64,000 nt of DNA from Candidatus Geocrenenecus huangii (GTDB lineage Archaea > Thermoproteota > Nitrososphaeria_A > Caldarchaeales > Wolframiiraptoraceae), in contig JALNLM010000001.1 in assembly GCA_023254095.1 (NCBI GenBank), forward strand, positions 96,001-160,000, in the 5' to 3' direction. The position numbers and the translations under genes were made by a program. A model generated the notes under the pieces. It was given only the letters and a program-made list of their open reading frames with translations. It searched no databases and was not told the origin of the DNA. Positions 42,838-53,357 of the stretch are shown here, piece by piece (positions within the stretch are counted from its first letter, which is position 1; each line of letters starts with the position of its first letter).

Positions 42838-44046
42838 AGTTACTTCTCCTCTAAGAACCAGCTCTTCCAATTTTACTATCTTCTCGATCTCGTCTTTAGC
42901 TATCTCGACTGCTTCGTAGGCTAAGGTTTTCTCATCCACGTTATCTCTCGGTATGTATTGGATCGAGATTGCCAGTGGTCTATTTATGGGTCTACCTATC
43001 TGGCTCAGTAATCTAACATATACTTCTTCCAGTCCTGATACTTCCTTGTAGATTCTTTCGGCAATCATCCTAGCCGATATATTGTAGAGTTTTCCTACAT
43101 GTGATCTTGCGTTCTTCCCAGCGGTGGCTTCCAGAGACATCTGCCTATTCGGAGTTATTAATCCGTTAACTCTATTTCCTCTCCCAGTATTTCCATCGTC
43201 TCCGCTTTCTGCAGACGTACCTGTAACTGTGAGATAGACAGAATTCTTACTAGGTATGTCGGCAGTGTTTACCTGTACACTTACTTCTACGTTCTTTTCT
43301 TCCGAGAGGATCTTGTAAGCTAATGACTCAACCTCGTTTTTCATTGCTTCTTTGACTGATAGATAATGGTCGAGGTCAGAGGTTAGATGAGCGATCAGGC
43401 TATCTGCAACCGTTATATAATATTTGTTCTGGATACGGAGACCCATAACCTTGCAATCCTCACCACTTTCAGGTATTCTAGATTTGAACTCTCTAGAATT
43501 TATCATCCTCTCAGTTTCGTGGACTATCTTTTCTAGAGGTGTGAAAGGAGCGTATCCTACCCCGAAGGATGTGTCATTGGCCAGAGGAATACCTTCATTC
43601 ATCTCAACGATAGTTTTCAGGTCTACGCTTCCAGGTCTAATCTTGGTGTCGATGATTACGTGCTCGCTAGGATCTAGGAATCTAAAGTTTTCCTTGATGA
43701 ACTTCTCAATCTCTTCTTTAATCAGCTCGTTATACGGTATCTCTTCATCTCCTACTTTTATCGTCGCTCTTCCTGCGATAAGTATGTATATAGGAGCCTC
43801 TACTACTCCTCCTCCAAACCAAGTTCTAGAGCTTCCTCCTACTAGTAATCCCTTGTCTAGATTGTGATGAAAGATCGAGCCATACCTTTCTTTGTAGTAT
43901 CTGGATAATGCTCTACTAGCTGCTTCACATGCAGAATCTATTATATAGTCGGGGTGACCGACACCTTTACGCTCTACAAACTCGGTCTGCTGGCAGATTG
44001 TAGGCACTCTATCTAATCTTTCAACAATTATCTGTGACTTCCACAT
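42829..44046 (-). CDS. mat: Archaeal S-adenosylmethionine synthetase
   Basis: [33 protein letters not shown]. Confidence 0.95.
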   Translation of the reverse strand: MWKSQIIVERLDRVPTICQQTEFVERKGVGHPDYIIDSACEAASRALSRYYKERYGSIFHHNLDKGLLVGGSSRTWFGGGVVEAPIYILIAGRATIKVGDEEIPYNELIKEEIEKFIKENFRFLDPSEHVIIDTKIRPGSVDLKTIVEMNEGIPLANDTSFGVGYAPFTPLEKIVHETERMINSREFKSRIPESGEDCKVMGLRIQNKYYITVADSLIAHLTSDLDHYLSVKEAMKNEVESLAYKILSEEKNVEVSVQVNTADIPSKNSVYLTVTGTSAESGDDGNTGRGNRVNGLITPNRQMSLEATAGKNARSHVGKLYNISARMIAERIYKEVSGLEEVYVRLLSQIGRPINRPLAISIQYIPRDNVDEKTLAYEAVEIAKDEIEKIVKLEELVLRGEVTLF

Positions 44047-44269
44047 CTCTAAGACCTGGATTTATAAAGATAATAGACTATTTAACTTCTATTATACTAT
44101 TAAACCTTCGAAAAGCGGGTATTTGAAATTTTGTAGGGAGTCTATGATGTGATCTTGTAATCAATGTATCTCAGCTTCTTCATGTAAAGATAAATCTGGA
44201 TATATACCATGATCTAGCCTTGGATTCTTCTTCGTTACACCCCATGTTTTGTTGTAGTTAGTCGACCTC

Positions 44270-44512
44270 TCATTCTGACGATTCAGGTATAAGCTGTATG
44301 TACATTATGTTGTTTCCTCGAATAAGGATCCTTGGATACATAGCTCTCTTATTGTTGTCTTGGTATTCAACTGCTTTCTCGATTACTAAGTTCATGAAGC
44401 TATCGCATTCGACAACCATCCCTTCATACATCAAATCATTCTTTAAAGTTACTCTGATATTCCTGTTAAGGTATTTCGTAATCAACGCTATGGGTCTCTT
44501 ACCAGCTTCCAT
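44270..44512 (-). CDS. Sm-like archaeal protein (SmAP)
   Basis: V.LKN...YEG...CDSFMNL, IRGNNI; start may be 44524. Confidence 0.9.
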   Translation of the reverse strand: MEAGKRPIALITKYLNRNIRVTLKNDLMYEGMVVECDSFMNLVIEKAVEYQDNNKRAMYPRILIRGNNIMYIQLIPESSE

Positions 44513-44698
44513 AGAAGACACCATAGTATTCAAGAATTCTTCGGTATTTCATACTTTCAAGAAGGTTTTAAATGTTTCGCTAGAAAAACACCACTCATAA
44601 CTTATCATACGATCAATTAACAGAGAACATTATCGATACACGATCCCACCTTAACGGATTTACATATTTCAAATTCTATTGAAGAAACTTCAGAGCGG

Positions 44699-45403
44699 CT
44701 ACTTCATGTTAAGTACTTCTTGTATCGTTGGCGGGATCCGTATTTCCGAAAAACATATTCCACAAACGAATAAATCTCCTGAGATTCTCTGGCTTAATAT
44801 TAAGGGAGCATTACATACTGGGCACGACCTACTTGGAGATTCCGGAGTGAACATTTGTTTACCGCACGATTCACATTTAGTTGACCCTATTGGGTTAAGT
44901 TTTCCACAATGTGGGCAAACCATATCTGATGCTCTTGAAATAACCTCTATCGCGGGTTTCTCTTCTTCGATCTTTTCTTCTTTAGGCTTCTCCTCAGATC
45001 CTATTATGGTCTCTATCTCTTTCTCAATTTCTTCTACGATACTTGGTTCTTTCGGTTTACTTATCTTGCTTGGTTCCTTAACAGACGGTTTAGGTGCTTC
45101 TTTTTTTAGGGCAGGTCTCCTAATTACCGAGGGCGTAGCAGGGTATGAGGCATGTGAATACTGTCCAGCGGGTATCGTTATACTTGTTCTTACAGCTCTC
45201 ACATATAATAGTAGCCCCACCCCGCTGATGACAGCACCAAGTACTATAATGTATATGAGGTAGTTGAGACCCATATATGTTGCATCGAGGAATATTCTAA
45301 AAGGATCGCTTACAGGGAGAAAGACATAGTAGAGGACTATTCCTATTATTGTCGCTACACCTACGAAGCTCAAGACCATGCCTATAATCATTAGAGGAGT
45401 CAA
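44699..45403 (-). CDS. Two-TM membrane protein with Pro/Lys/Glu linker and C-terminal double Zn ribbons
   Basis: Two TM helices; CPHC/CESC and CPVC/CGIC. Confidence 0.75.
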   Translation of the reverse strand: MTPLMIIGMVLSFVGVATIIGIVLYYVFLPVSDPFRIFLDATYMGLNYLIYIIVLGAVISGVGLLLYVRAVRTSITIPAGQYSHASYPATPSVIRRPALKKEAPKPSVKEPSKISKPKEPSIVEEIEKEIETIIGSEEKPKEEKIEEEKPAIEVISRASDMVCPHCGKLNPIGSTKCESCGKQMFTPESPSRSCPVCNAPLILSQRISGDLFVCGICFSEIRIPPTIQEVLNMK

Positions 45404-45433
45404 TTGGCAGCACCCTTTTAATAAAATGTTCTC

Positions 45434-46336
45434 CTAGGCTGTATTAAACATTTCTCCTAGAACTTCATCGAGAAAACTCTGATATTTTCTCGGTATGATC
45501 TCGATATTCCATCGTTTCTTGAAATACCTAATCAGATTTGTTAAATCTCTCTTAAGATAGATCTTAGCCATTGGATGATCTTTCTTAACCCATTGGGGCC
45601 AATCTATTATGATTATGTCTTCCGACGGCTTGACCAGAATGTTGTAAACACTTAAGTCGCTGTGGACTACTCCTATCTCATATGCTTTTATAACGTTATC
45701 AAGAATCTTCGTAAGAATCTTTAAAGGATTCTTTATGTATTGTGCGGACGGTATCTCTATTCCTGCGAATATCCTAGTTACTACGATATGTCTATTCCTG
45801 GCAATAGGCTCCGGCACATCGACGCCTTCTGGATGAAGAAGATTTAAGGCCTCAAATTCATTCCTTGCAGCATTTATAGATGCATAGAGATGTGAGTGTA
45901 TTGAGTACAATGTTGGTCTTTTCTTCCCGTATCCTCTGAAACTGGTTCTTCCTATTCTAAAGAATTTGACTGCGAGCTTTTCGCCTTTAGGCGATAACGC
46001 TTCATAAACATCTGCCTCTTTCCCAACCCCTAAAGCTTTCCCGATACTTTCAACGATGTTCCTTTTTACAAGGTTTCTTAATGCAAGCAGGTCTAGCCCA
46101 TTATAGTTTAACAAGCATCCTTTCTCTCTTCCTCTAGGAGACCATACAAGCCTATAGAAGTTAAGTTTCTTCAATAGCTTCTCTATGCTTGGCCTGTCAA
46201 GTTTTGACTGCTTCTCTATTACTTCGAGGGGGACGACTTCAAACTTTGTTAGATTCTTCTCGATTATGTGTAGAATCTTGAAATGGTCTTCATTGAGATT
46301 CGTGAAGACCGTTCTAAGAAGATGGAGAATAGACAT
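45434..46336 (-). CDS. rio2: RIO2 kinase
   Basis: N-terminal wHTH, GVGKEADVY, KFFRIGRTSF, HSDLSVYN, IIDWPQ. Confidence 0.92.
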   Translation of the reverse strand: MSILHLLRTVFTNLNEDHFKILHIIEKNLTKFEVVPLEVIEKQSKLDRPSIEKLLKKLNFYRLVWSPRGREKGCLLNYNGLDLLALRNLVKRNIVESIGKALGVGKEADVYEALSPKGEKLAVKFFRIGRTSFRGYGKKRPTLYSIHSHLYASINAARNEFEALNLLHPEGVDVPEPIARNRHIVVTRIFAGIEIPSAQYIKNPLKILTKILDNVIKAYEIGVVHSDLSVYNILVKPSEDIIIIDWPQWVKKDHPMAKIYLKRDLTNLIRYFKKRWNIEIIPRKYQSFLDEVLGEMFNTA

Positions 46337-49300
46337 CTACATCTTCCTCACACCTATCCTAATGGTCTCTCCTCCGATTTCCCATTCTTTCACAAATCCT
46401 TCTACTTCACCTTCAACCTTAACCTCAAGCTCTTTACATCTTGTTTCTCCTTTTATAAATTCTTTCGTAGATTCTAGATGGCTTCTCCACTCTTCATCTG
46501 GGACCGACATATCAACTGATATGTAGTCGGTAACCTGTAGGTTCATCTCTTTCCTCATGGTCTGTATTCTTCTAATCACTTCTCTTGCAAGAGACAATGT
46601 TACTAGTTCTCTCGTCTCCGTAACGTCTAGGTATATGGTTGCAAATCTTCCATCTTCCTTACGTATGTTCTCTGGAAATATCTCTTCAAATTCAATTTCG
46701 TTACTCTCTATCTTGACTACGCTTCCATCGCTTAGCATCAGCTCGATATATCCGTTTAATTCAAGTTCTCCTCTTAGTTTTTCAACGTCGAGCTTACTTA
46801 CCCTTTCGACTATCTCCTTCACTTTCTTTCCATGCTTTGGACCTATAACACTGTATACTGGCCTGACCACATATCTTACTCCAATTGGTTTCTCAGCTAC
46901 ATCTAAGATCTCTAGTTCGATAGTGTTAAGCTGGATCTTTAAGAATTCTTTCAAGTTTTCAAAAGCTTTCTTAGCTCTGAGATTGATTGGGGAGAGAATG
47001 TATGCCTTAACAGGCCATCTTAATTTCTTTCCAGCTTTCTGGCGGATAGCTAATGCGTCGGATAACGTTTGGCGGGCTATCTCCATCATGTCTTCTAACT
47101 CTTCATCTATCCATTGCTCGTCTGGTTTAGGCCATTTTAACATGTGTACGCTTTCCGGATCATCGCTCAGCCTTAATTCTTGGTGGAACTTCTCAGCCAA
47201 GTACGGGGTTACTACCGCCATCAAGCATGTGAGCTTCTTCAGAACGTGGTAGAGAGTTGCGTAGACTGCGAGTTTACTCCATGTCTGTTCTTCTACCCAT
47301 ACCCTCCTCCTGATAGAGCGGACATATAATCTGCTAAGGTCTTCGACTATGAATTCCCTCAGTATTCTAGCAGCTGAATGTATCTCAAGTTCTTCAAGAT
47401 TTCTAGTAAAGATCTTTACTAGATTGTTTATCCTAGATATAATCCATCTATCTTCGAGTTCAAGATATTTTTCTACTTTGTAGATATCGATCTCCTCCGG
47501 ATTGAACCCGTCTATCCCGAAGTATGTTGTAGCGAAAGAGAATACGTTCCAGAGTATGTTTAGTTCTTGTATTATCTGTTCCACTTCTCTTGGAACAAAG
47601 TTCATGTTATCCCATGGAGCTGACTTGGAGACTAGGTACAGTCTGAGGGGATCAGCTCCAAATCTCTCTATGGCCTCCATAGCCCATATAACGTTTCCTT
47701 TACTCTTCGACATCTTTTTTCCTTCAGCATCCATTACGTGACCTTGATTTAAGACAGTCTTGTATGGTGCTTGCCCATAAAGAAGGCAGGACGTAAATAT
47801 TAACGTGTAGAACCATCCTCTAGTCTGGTCTATTGCTTCTGTAATAAAGTCGTAAGGGAATAGTTTCTTGAAGAGTTCCCGGTCTGTTAAAGCGTTGATG
47901 CTTGCTGTATGAGCCATTCCTGAGTCTAGCCAGGTATCCATTACGAAGGTTTCCCTCTTCATGATTCCACCGCATCTCGTACACTTGTACATCACGTTGT
48001 CCACCCATGGTCTCAGAAGCCTTATCTCAGAAGGTTTAACATCTGCTTTTAGCAGTTCTTCTTTTGCAGAGACCACCTTCTTTTCTCCACAGTTAGTGCA
48101 TATCCATACAGGTAGGGGCGTCCCCCAAACCTTAGTTCTAGTTATACACCAATCCTCAGCGTTCTCTAACCAATCTCCGAATCTGTGGTATCCTGCCCAT
48201 GCAGGCTTCCATGAAATTTTCTTATTCTCTCTAATCATGATATCCTTTATTCTATCTACTTTTATGAACCATTGACGGCTTGAGAGATATAGTAGAGGAG
48301 AGCCACATCTCCAGCAATGCGGGTAATTATGGAGAATTTTTCCCTCCCATATTAGAAGGTTTTTTTCCTTTAAGTATTCTATTATCTTCCTGCCTGCTTC
48401 CGTATAGTATAGTCCTGAAAATTCGCCTGCATCATTCGTAAAGTATCCGTTAGTCGATACAGGATTGAAGATTGGAAGACCGATCTTTAATCCGAGTTCG
48501 AAATCTTCTGGGCCATGTGCTGGAGCTATGTGTACGCATCCAGTTCCTTCCTCCATCGTGACAAATTCGGCTGTTACGACTGTGTGAGCTGGTGGGCCAT
48601 GCCCTAAATGTTTCGAAACTTTTTCAATTAATGGATGAAGGTATTTGTATCCAGCAATAGCTAAGCCTTTGAAACGTCCTAGTACTTGATAATTGTCTAT
48701 TCTTGTTTCATTGATAAATCTTCCAAGTAGTTTTTCCGCTATTATCCATTCTTCATCTCCAACCCTTATCTTTAGGTAGTATTCATCTGGGTGAATAGCT
48801 ACAGCTTCATTTCCTGCAAGAGTCCAAGGCGTCGTAGTCCATATTACTACATATAGGTTTCCAGCTCCCTCAAGCGGGAATTTTACATATATAGAGGGAT
48901 CTTCTACTTCTTCATACCCTTGAGCTACTTCGTGGCTGCTTAACGGTGTTTCGCATCTTGGACAATATGGTACGACTTTGAAGCTTTCTATTAAATCTCC
49001 CTTCTCATATGCTTGTTTGATGAACCACCATACATGCTCTATGTATCTTTCCCTCCTCGTTTCATACGCAGTATCATAGTCTAGCCAAACAGCGAGTCGC
49101 TCGGAAGCTTCTCTCCAATGCTTGATGTAATAGTCTACAAGCTTGTTCGCTTCTTCAACGAATCTATCTAACCCGTATTCTTCTACTTCTTTCTTTGTTG
49201 TGAAACCGAGTTTCTTCTCAACTTCTATCTCTGTCGGCAGGCCTAGGCAATCCCATCCCCCCCTCCTCCATACATCCATGCCTCTCATTGCATAGAATCT

Positions 49301-49501
49301 AAGTACCAAATCTTTGTAGACTCTGCCTCGAGCATGACCTACATGCATGTACCCGTTGGCGGTTGGAGGGCCCTCCAAGAAAGCAAAGATGGGAGCACCC
49401 TTATTCATGTTGAAGACCTTACTGATTATGTTGTTTTCCCTCCACCATCTAGATATTTCTTCTTCCACTTGTATTGGATTATATTTTCCTATGAGGACCA
49501 T
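46337..49501 (-). CDS. ileS: Isoleucyl-tRNA synthetase
   Basis: EGPPTANG..HVGH, WTTTPWT, GTGCVH, DQTRGWF, KMSKS. Confidence 0.97.
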   Translation of the reverse strand: MVLIGKYNPIQVEEEISRWWRENNIISKVFNMNKGAPIFAFLEGPPTANGYMHVGHARGRVYKDLVLRFYAMRGMDVWRRGGWDCLGLPTEIEVEKKLGFTTKKEVEEYGLDRFVEEANKLVDYYIKHWREASERLAVWLDYDTAYETRRERYIEHVWWFIKQAYEKGDLIESFKVVPYCPRCETPLSSHEVAQGYEEVEDPSIYVKFPLEGAGNLYVVIWTTTPWTLAGNEAVAIHPDEYYLKIRVGDEEWIIAEKLLGRFINETRIDNYQVLGRFKGLAIAGYKYLHPLIEKVSKHLGHGPPAHTVVTAEFVTMEEGTGCVHIAPAHGPEDFELGLKIGLPIFNPVSTNGYFTNDAGEFSGLYYTEAGRKIIEYLKEKNLLIWEGKILHNYPHCWRCGSPLLYLSSRQWFIKVDRIKDIMIRENKKISWKPAWAGYHRFGDWLENAEDWCITRTKVWGTPLPVWICTNCGEKKVVSAKEELLKADVKPSEIRLLRPWVDNVMYKCTRCGGIMKRETFVMDTWLDSGMAHTASINALTDRELFKKLFPYDFITEAIDQTRGWFYTLIFTSCLLYGQAPYKTVLNQGHVMDAEGKKMSKSKGNVIWAMEAIERFGADPLRLYLVSKSAPWDNMNFVPREVEQIIQELNILWNVFSFATTYFGIDGFNPEEIDIYKVEKYLELEDRWIISRINNLVKIFTRNLEELEIHSAARILREFIVEDLSRLYVRSIRRRVWVEEQTWSKLAVYATLYHVLKKLTCLMAVVTPYLAEKFHQELRLSDDPESVHMLKWPKPDEQWIDEELEDMMEIARQTLSDALAIRQKAGKKLRWPVKAYILSPINLRAKKAFENLKEFLKIQLNTIELEILDVAEKPIGVRYVVRPVYSVIGPKHGKKVKEIVERVSKLDVEKLRGELELNGYIELMLSDGSVVKIESNEIEFEEIFPENIRKEDGRFATIYLDVTETRELVTLSLAREVIRRIQTMRKEMNLQVTDYISVDMSVPDEEWRSHLESTKEFIKGETRCKELEVKVEGEVEGFVKEWEIGGETIRIGVRKM

Positions 49502-49923
49502 ACTATACACCCTTCCAGCTTAGTTACCCTTAATTCTCGTATGACCCAAATATACCTTGAATAATCAATAATTAATAAATTTGGCGATACATCATCCACG
49601 TTTACGTAGGACCTCCGAACAATTTAAACATTCCTAACAGAAAATAGTAATCTTTAATCTCACATATATTTCAGTCTTCTCTATTAGGCTTCCATCTAGC
49701 GAGCTAGTTGAAAACCTCAGCTTCCACCATGATATCTCTATCAACCTCTAATCTTTCAATCTTCTTCATGAGAATCCAGGCATTAAAATAAAACACTACT
49801 ACGACTAGTAGCCCTACATTGTAATGTGGATGAAGATAAAGACGTTATCAATAAACTAGTCTAAGACAGATAAACCATATTCTCATTCATCCGATTCCCT
49901 TAATTCTCTAGAAGACTTATATA

Positions 49924-50331
49924 ATGAGCTTCGATTTGGATTATGTGACCTCTGTGTCTTCTTTGAAGGATCTATCAAGGATTGGGGTGCTCCTCATTGG
50001 CGTAGCATTGATTATTATTGCTTCGATTGCACTCCATTTCTACATAACCTATCTTAGCAAGACTTTTGAAAATTCTTACATGACTAGACCTTTTATATCA
50101 TATTGTTCTCCAAGTAGGGTAATCATCATAGAAGCACGTCAAGATTTAATGAATGTAAAAGTACTAGATAATAGCTCTAATACTATTTGCTTATTTGATA
50201 AAATACCGAAGAACTCTAAAGAGATATGTAATGTTCAAGGTTATGGAGTATATGTAATCCAGTATGGAGAATTTAAAGATGTTGTAGAATGCATTAGATC
50301 AGTGGTAGTCGAATCGAGGCCAGTTGACTAG
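49924..50331 (+). CDS. Membrane-anchored exported protein, pilin-like
   Basis: KDLSR followed by hydrophobic helix; four Cys in a beta-rich C-domain. Confidence 0.5.
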   Translation: MSFDLDYVTSVSSLKDLSRIGVLLIGVALIIIASIALHFYITYLSKTFENSYMTRPFISYCSPSRVIIIEARQDLMNVKVLDNSSNTICLFDKIPKNSKEICNVQGYGVYVIQYGEFKDVVECIRSVVVESRPVD

Positions 50332-50351
50332 TAAAGCGTTTAGAAAGACAT

Positions 50352-50480
50352 TAGTGTTGCTACAAGCCTCTCATACCTAATGGTAATCCTCCTAAAAGAC
50401 TGTAGCTATCCGAGAAGACTCCAATCAGAGATCTCACCCTAGCATAGAGTCCAGTTTTGTACGGTCTCATTTGCTTTCTT
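50352..50480 (-). mobile_element. IS5-family transposase C-terminal remnant
   Basis: Manual translation RPYKTGLYARVRS / (frameshift) LG*LQSFRRITIRYERL. Confidence 0.65.
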
Positions 50481-50562
50481 ATTTTTGTTTAATCTAAACT
50501 TATCTTTAATTACCCTGCTTTTTAGAAGTTAGTTTAAATGTAGGTAATAGTAATAGTGATTT

Positions 50563-51120
50563 ATGGATAAGGAAAAAAAGGATTCTACGAATAAGATAAT
50601 ATCTGCCCGATATTTTGAAGATAGCATAACTTCTACGTTAGATGATGTTTCGAGATACTATCTTAGAAGAGGGTACGGTGTGTTGGATGAGGCTAAAAAA
50701 ATAGTAGAGTATTCTCTCGTTGAGGCATTGTTCTTGTTAGAGATGGGTAGGATGAGGCTTTTTGACCTTAAAGGAGAAGAGGTAAATTTCGATAGGCTTC
50801 TAAAAGAATCATCTATAAAGGAGCCAACTCTATGGAGAGACTACATAGTTTACAGAGACTTGAGGAAGAGAAACTATGTCGTCAAGGACGGCTTCAGTTC
50901 AGATCTACGTTTCAGAGTCTTTGAAAGAGGAGAATATATGGAGAAGCCTGCAAGATACCTAATTGCGATCGTCTATGAGGGTAGAGATCTACCAGTCGAG
51001 AGGCTAATCGAATGGTTGGAGATATGCAGGAATAATAAAAAGGAGCTTATATTAGCTGTTGTTGATAGGAGAAACGAGGTGATATACTATACTGTCAGGA
51101 TGGTAGATCTAGTTCCATAA
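50563..51120 (+). CDS. endA: tRNA splicing endonuclease, probably structural (non-catalytic) subunit
   Basis: LVEALFL, YIVYRDLRKRNYVVKDG, ELILAVVD..NEVIYY; catalytic Tyr/His not evident. Confidence 0.85.
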   Translation: MDKEKKDSTNKIISARYFEDSITSTLDDVSRYYLRRGYGVLDEAKKIVEYSLVEALFLLEMGRMRLFDLKGEEVNFDRLLKESSIKEPTLWRDYIVYRDLRKRNYVVKDGFSSDLRFRVFERGEYMEKPARYLIAIVYEGRDLPVERLIEWLEICRNNKKELILAVVDRRNEVIYYTVRMVDLVP

Positions 51121-51176
51121 TTATGCTACGCCCAGAAAGGATGCTTGCAACTAGATTCCAGAAATCTTCTAAATTA

Positions 51177-51892
51177 GATAGTGTCCAAATAAGGTAATGT
51201 ATTTAAATGGGGTCTAGCTTGTTATCTTCATGGATATTGTAGCCCTAATCTCTAGTTGTTTTAAGCGTAATAAGAAAGTAGGGAGGTTAAGGTTTTAGCT
51301 GTATTAGAGTATATGTTTCATGGTAGTTGTAGGAAGGTCTCGAAGGTTCTAAGCATTGCTATGGAGCCTATAAGTAAGTCGGATGTACATTATCTTTCAA
51401 AGATCATATCTTCTAAATTGAAGATAGCGTTAGAACCAAGGTATAGGAGATGCATAGCTATTGATGAAACAAAGCTTAAAGTTAAGAAGACCGTAGTATA
51501 CGTATGGTCTGCTGTAGACGTTGATTCAGGTGAATTACTAGCTCTAGAAGCTTCATATTGTAGAAGCTGTCTAAACGCTCTAAAATTCATTAGGAAAGTC
51601 CTAAGACTATGCTTGAACAAGCCGAAGATAATTGTGGATAAGGGTCCATGGTATATATGGGCTCTAGAAAGACTTGGAATAGAATATGATTATCAAAGAT
51701 TTGGGATGAGGAATAGAGTTGAAAGATTCTTCAGATACCTTAAGGAGAGAACAGCAGTATTCCATAACAAGCTAAGTGCAAGAAACCATATACAGGGAAT
51801 AACCAATCTGAATCTATTCCTCAACCTATTCACACTATACTATCAGACCATAAGATAGAGAGATGGTTAAGAATACTTATTTGGACACTATC
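51177..51892 (+). mobile_element. IS6-family insertion sequence, 716 bp
   Basis: Perfect 17-bp TIR GATAGTGTCCAAATAAG (51177-51193 / 51876-51892); 8-bp TSD CTAAATTA (51169-51176 / 51893-51900). Confidence 0.93.
51230..51858 (+). pseudogene. IS6 DDE transposase with N-terminal frameshift
   Basis: IAIDET, SAVD, IVDKGPWY, RNRVERFF; ATG 51230 frame MDIVALISSCFKRNKK is shifted relative to REVKVLAVLEYMFHG. Confidence 0.8.
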
Positions 51893-51905
51893 CTAAATTA
51901 AATGG

Positions 51906-52106
51906 TTATAGTTTTATACCTCTCTCCTTCAAGATCGTTAAGATCCTGGCTATTCTCTTCTTAGTATTTCTGATTAGAGCAGTCTTTTCCATTCCTGCAC
52001 CGCCTATCTTACTTCTGAGTAGAACAAGCTCGGCTCTCAGCCTATCCAGCTCGTCTAACAATTCCTCACTACTCTTCTGCCTCAGTTCTTTCACTTCCTT
52101 CACCAA
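51906..52106 (-). CDS. rpl29: 50S ribosomal protein L29
   Basis: ELRQKS.EEL...IRNTKKRIARILT. Confidence 0.93.
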   Translation of the reverse strand: MVKEVKELRQKSSEELLDELDRLRAELVLLRSKIGGAGMEKTALIRNTKKRIARILTILKERGIKL

Positions 52107-52752
52107 CTTTCTCCACCACCTCTACTTTCGGTTGTGAAGATCTCAAGATCTGAATCTTCTCTACGTTGACTCCAAGTTCTTCTGGTAGAAGTGCATCTGA
52201 AGGGTATATCTTTACTTTCACGCCGTATATCCCTGTCTTAAGCAAGACAGATGCTTTCCCAACCCTCACGTATTTTAAAGCATATTCTCCTGATTTTGGA
52301 ATAAACCCTGCACTATATTTTTCCGTTCTAGCTCTCGCAGACGTAAGTTTTCCACTTATCTCTATCTCTACTCCTCTCGCACCTGCATCCATTATCCTCC
52401 TCAATGCCCAAAATGCTACTCTTCTATGTCTCACACCTCTCTCTATTGCTTGAGCTATCCTATAAGCCATAACATATGGGTTGAGCTCAGGTATCTCTAT
52501 CTCCGCTACCGTTACGTTCGGGTTCTCTATACCAAACCTCGAGGCAAGTACTTCTGAAATCTCCTTAATGGTTCTACCTCTAGAACCTATGACTCTGCCT
52601 GGATGCATAGCGTATATCGTTACTCTAGTACCGATGGGGGTAAAAACTATGTCTACTCCTCCGAATCCTGCATCTTTCAATTTCTCAGCTAGGTATTCTT
52701 CAACCTCCGTCTTCTTCTTCCTCTTCTCAAGCAGTTGTTTAATAGTTGACAA
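52069..52752 (-). CDS. rps3: 30S ribosomal protein S3
   Basis: KH domain PGRVIGSRG, GARGVEIEISGKL. Confidence 0.96.
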   Translation of the reverse strand: MSTIKQLLEKRKKKTEVEEYLAEKLKDAGFGGVDIVFTPIGTRVTIYAMHPGRVIGSRGRTIKEISEVLASRFGIENPNVTVAEIEIPELNPYVMAYRIAQAIERGVRHRRVAFWALRRIMDAGARGVEIEISGKLTSARARTEKYSAGFIPKSGEYALKYVRVGKASVLLKTGIYGVKVKIYPSDALLPEELGVNVEKIQILRSSQPKVEVVEKVGEGSERTEAEE

Positions 52753-52753
52753 C

Positions 52754-53212
52754 CTATTCTTTCACCTCTCCTATGATTTCTATGTGGGTGAGGATTTTAT
52801 CATATGGCGTTGCTCTACCAAATGCCCTCTCAATAAATTTCCTTATAACTCTTCCTTTATGAGCTACAGCGTATCTTATTACTACTTTTTCAGGGTCAAG
52901 ACCTTTAAATTCAGCATTTGCTTCAAGGCTCTCCAATAATTTTAACATCATTCTCGCAATTTTAACTGGGTATCCTCCGGGACCTCTTGTCTGGCGGTGA
53001 TGTGCTCTATCCTTCCTATACCTCCTGTAGGGGATCATTCTCTTCATAGCTATAACGTCCTCCATAAGCTTCTTAGCCTCAGGTATCCTCAACCCGATAA
53101 CCGCTGTACAAACCTCGCGTGAAAACTTCGGAGAGACATCTACCTCTCTAAGACTAGCTTTAACCGTCTTGGCTGGATCCAGTTCTTTTACTGAGTAACC
53201 CCAGTTAGGCAT
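52754..53212 (-). CDS. rpl22: 50S ribosomal protein L22
   Basis: SPKFSREVC, GYPVK, NAEFKGLD, RAFGRA. Confidence 0.96.
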   Translation of the reverse strand: MPNWGYSVKELDPAKTVKASLREVDVSPKFSREVCTAVIGLRIPEAKKLMEDVIAMKRMIPYRRYRKDRAHHRQTRGPGGYPVKIARMMLKLLESLEANAEFKGLDPEKVVIRYAVAHKGRVIRKFIERAFGRATPYDKILTHIEIIGEVKE

Positions 53213-53357
53213 CTCCCATCCGCCTATCTGTTAGTCATCATCTATGCAGGAGAGAATGTAAGCACTATTTAATGATGCCGTTCGAATTAGTCTTATTCAG
53301 ATGTAAGCCCCATTCTAGCTAAAAACCTATTTCAAATTTACGGTTTAGAGATTTATT

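Noticed and set aside
44047-44269. Possible rpl37e next to the Sm gene
   Set aside because: Minus-strand translation shows no L37e zinc-finger sequence
53213-53253. ATGATGA box in the rpl22 leader as sRNA or K-turn
   Set aside because: No matching CUGA or stem; guide has no clean target
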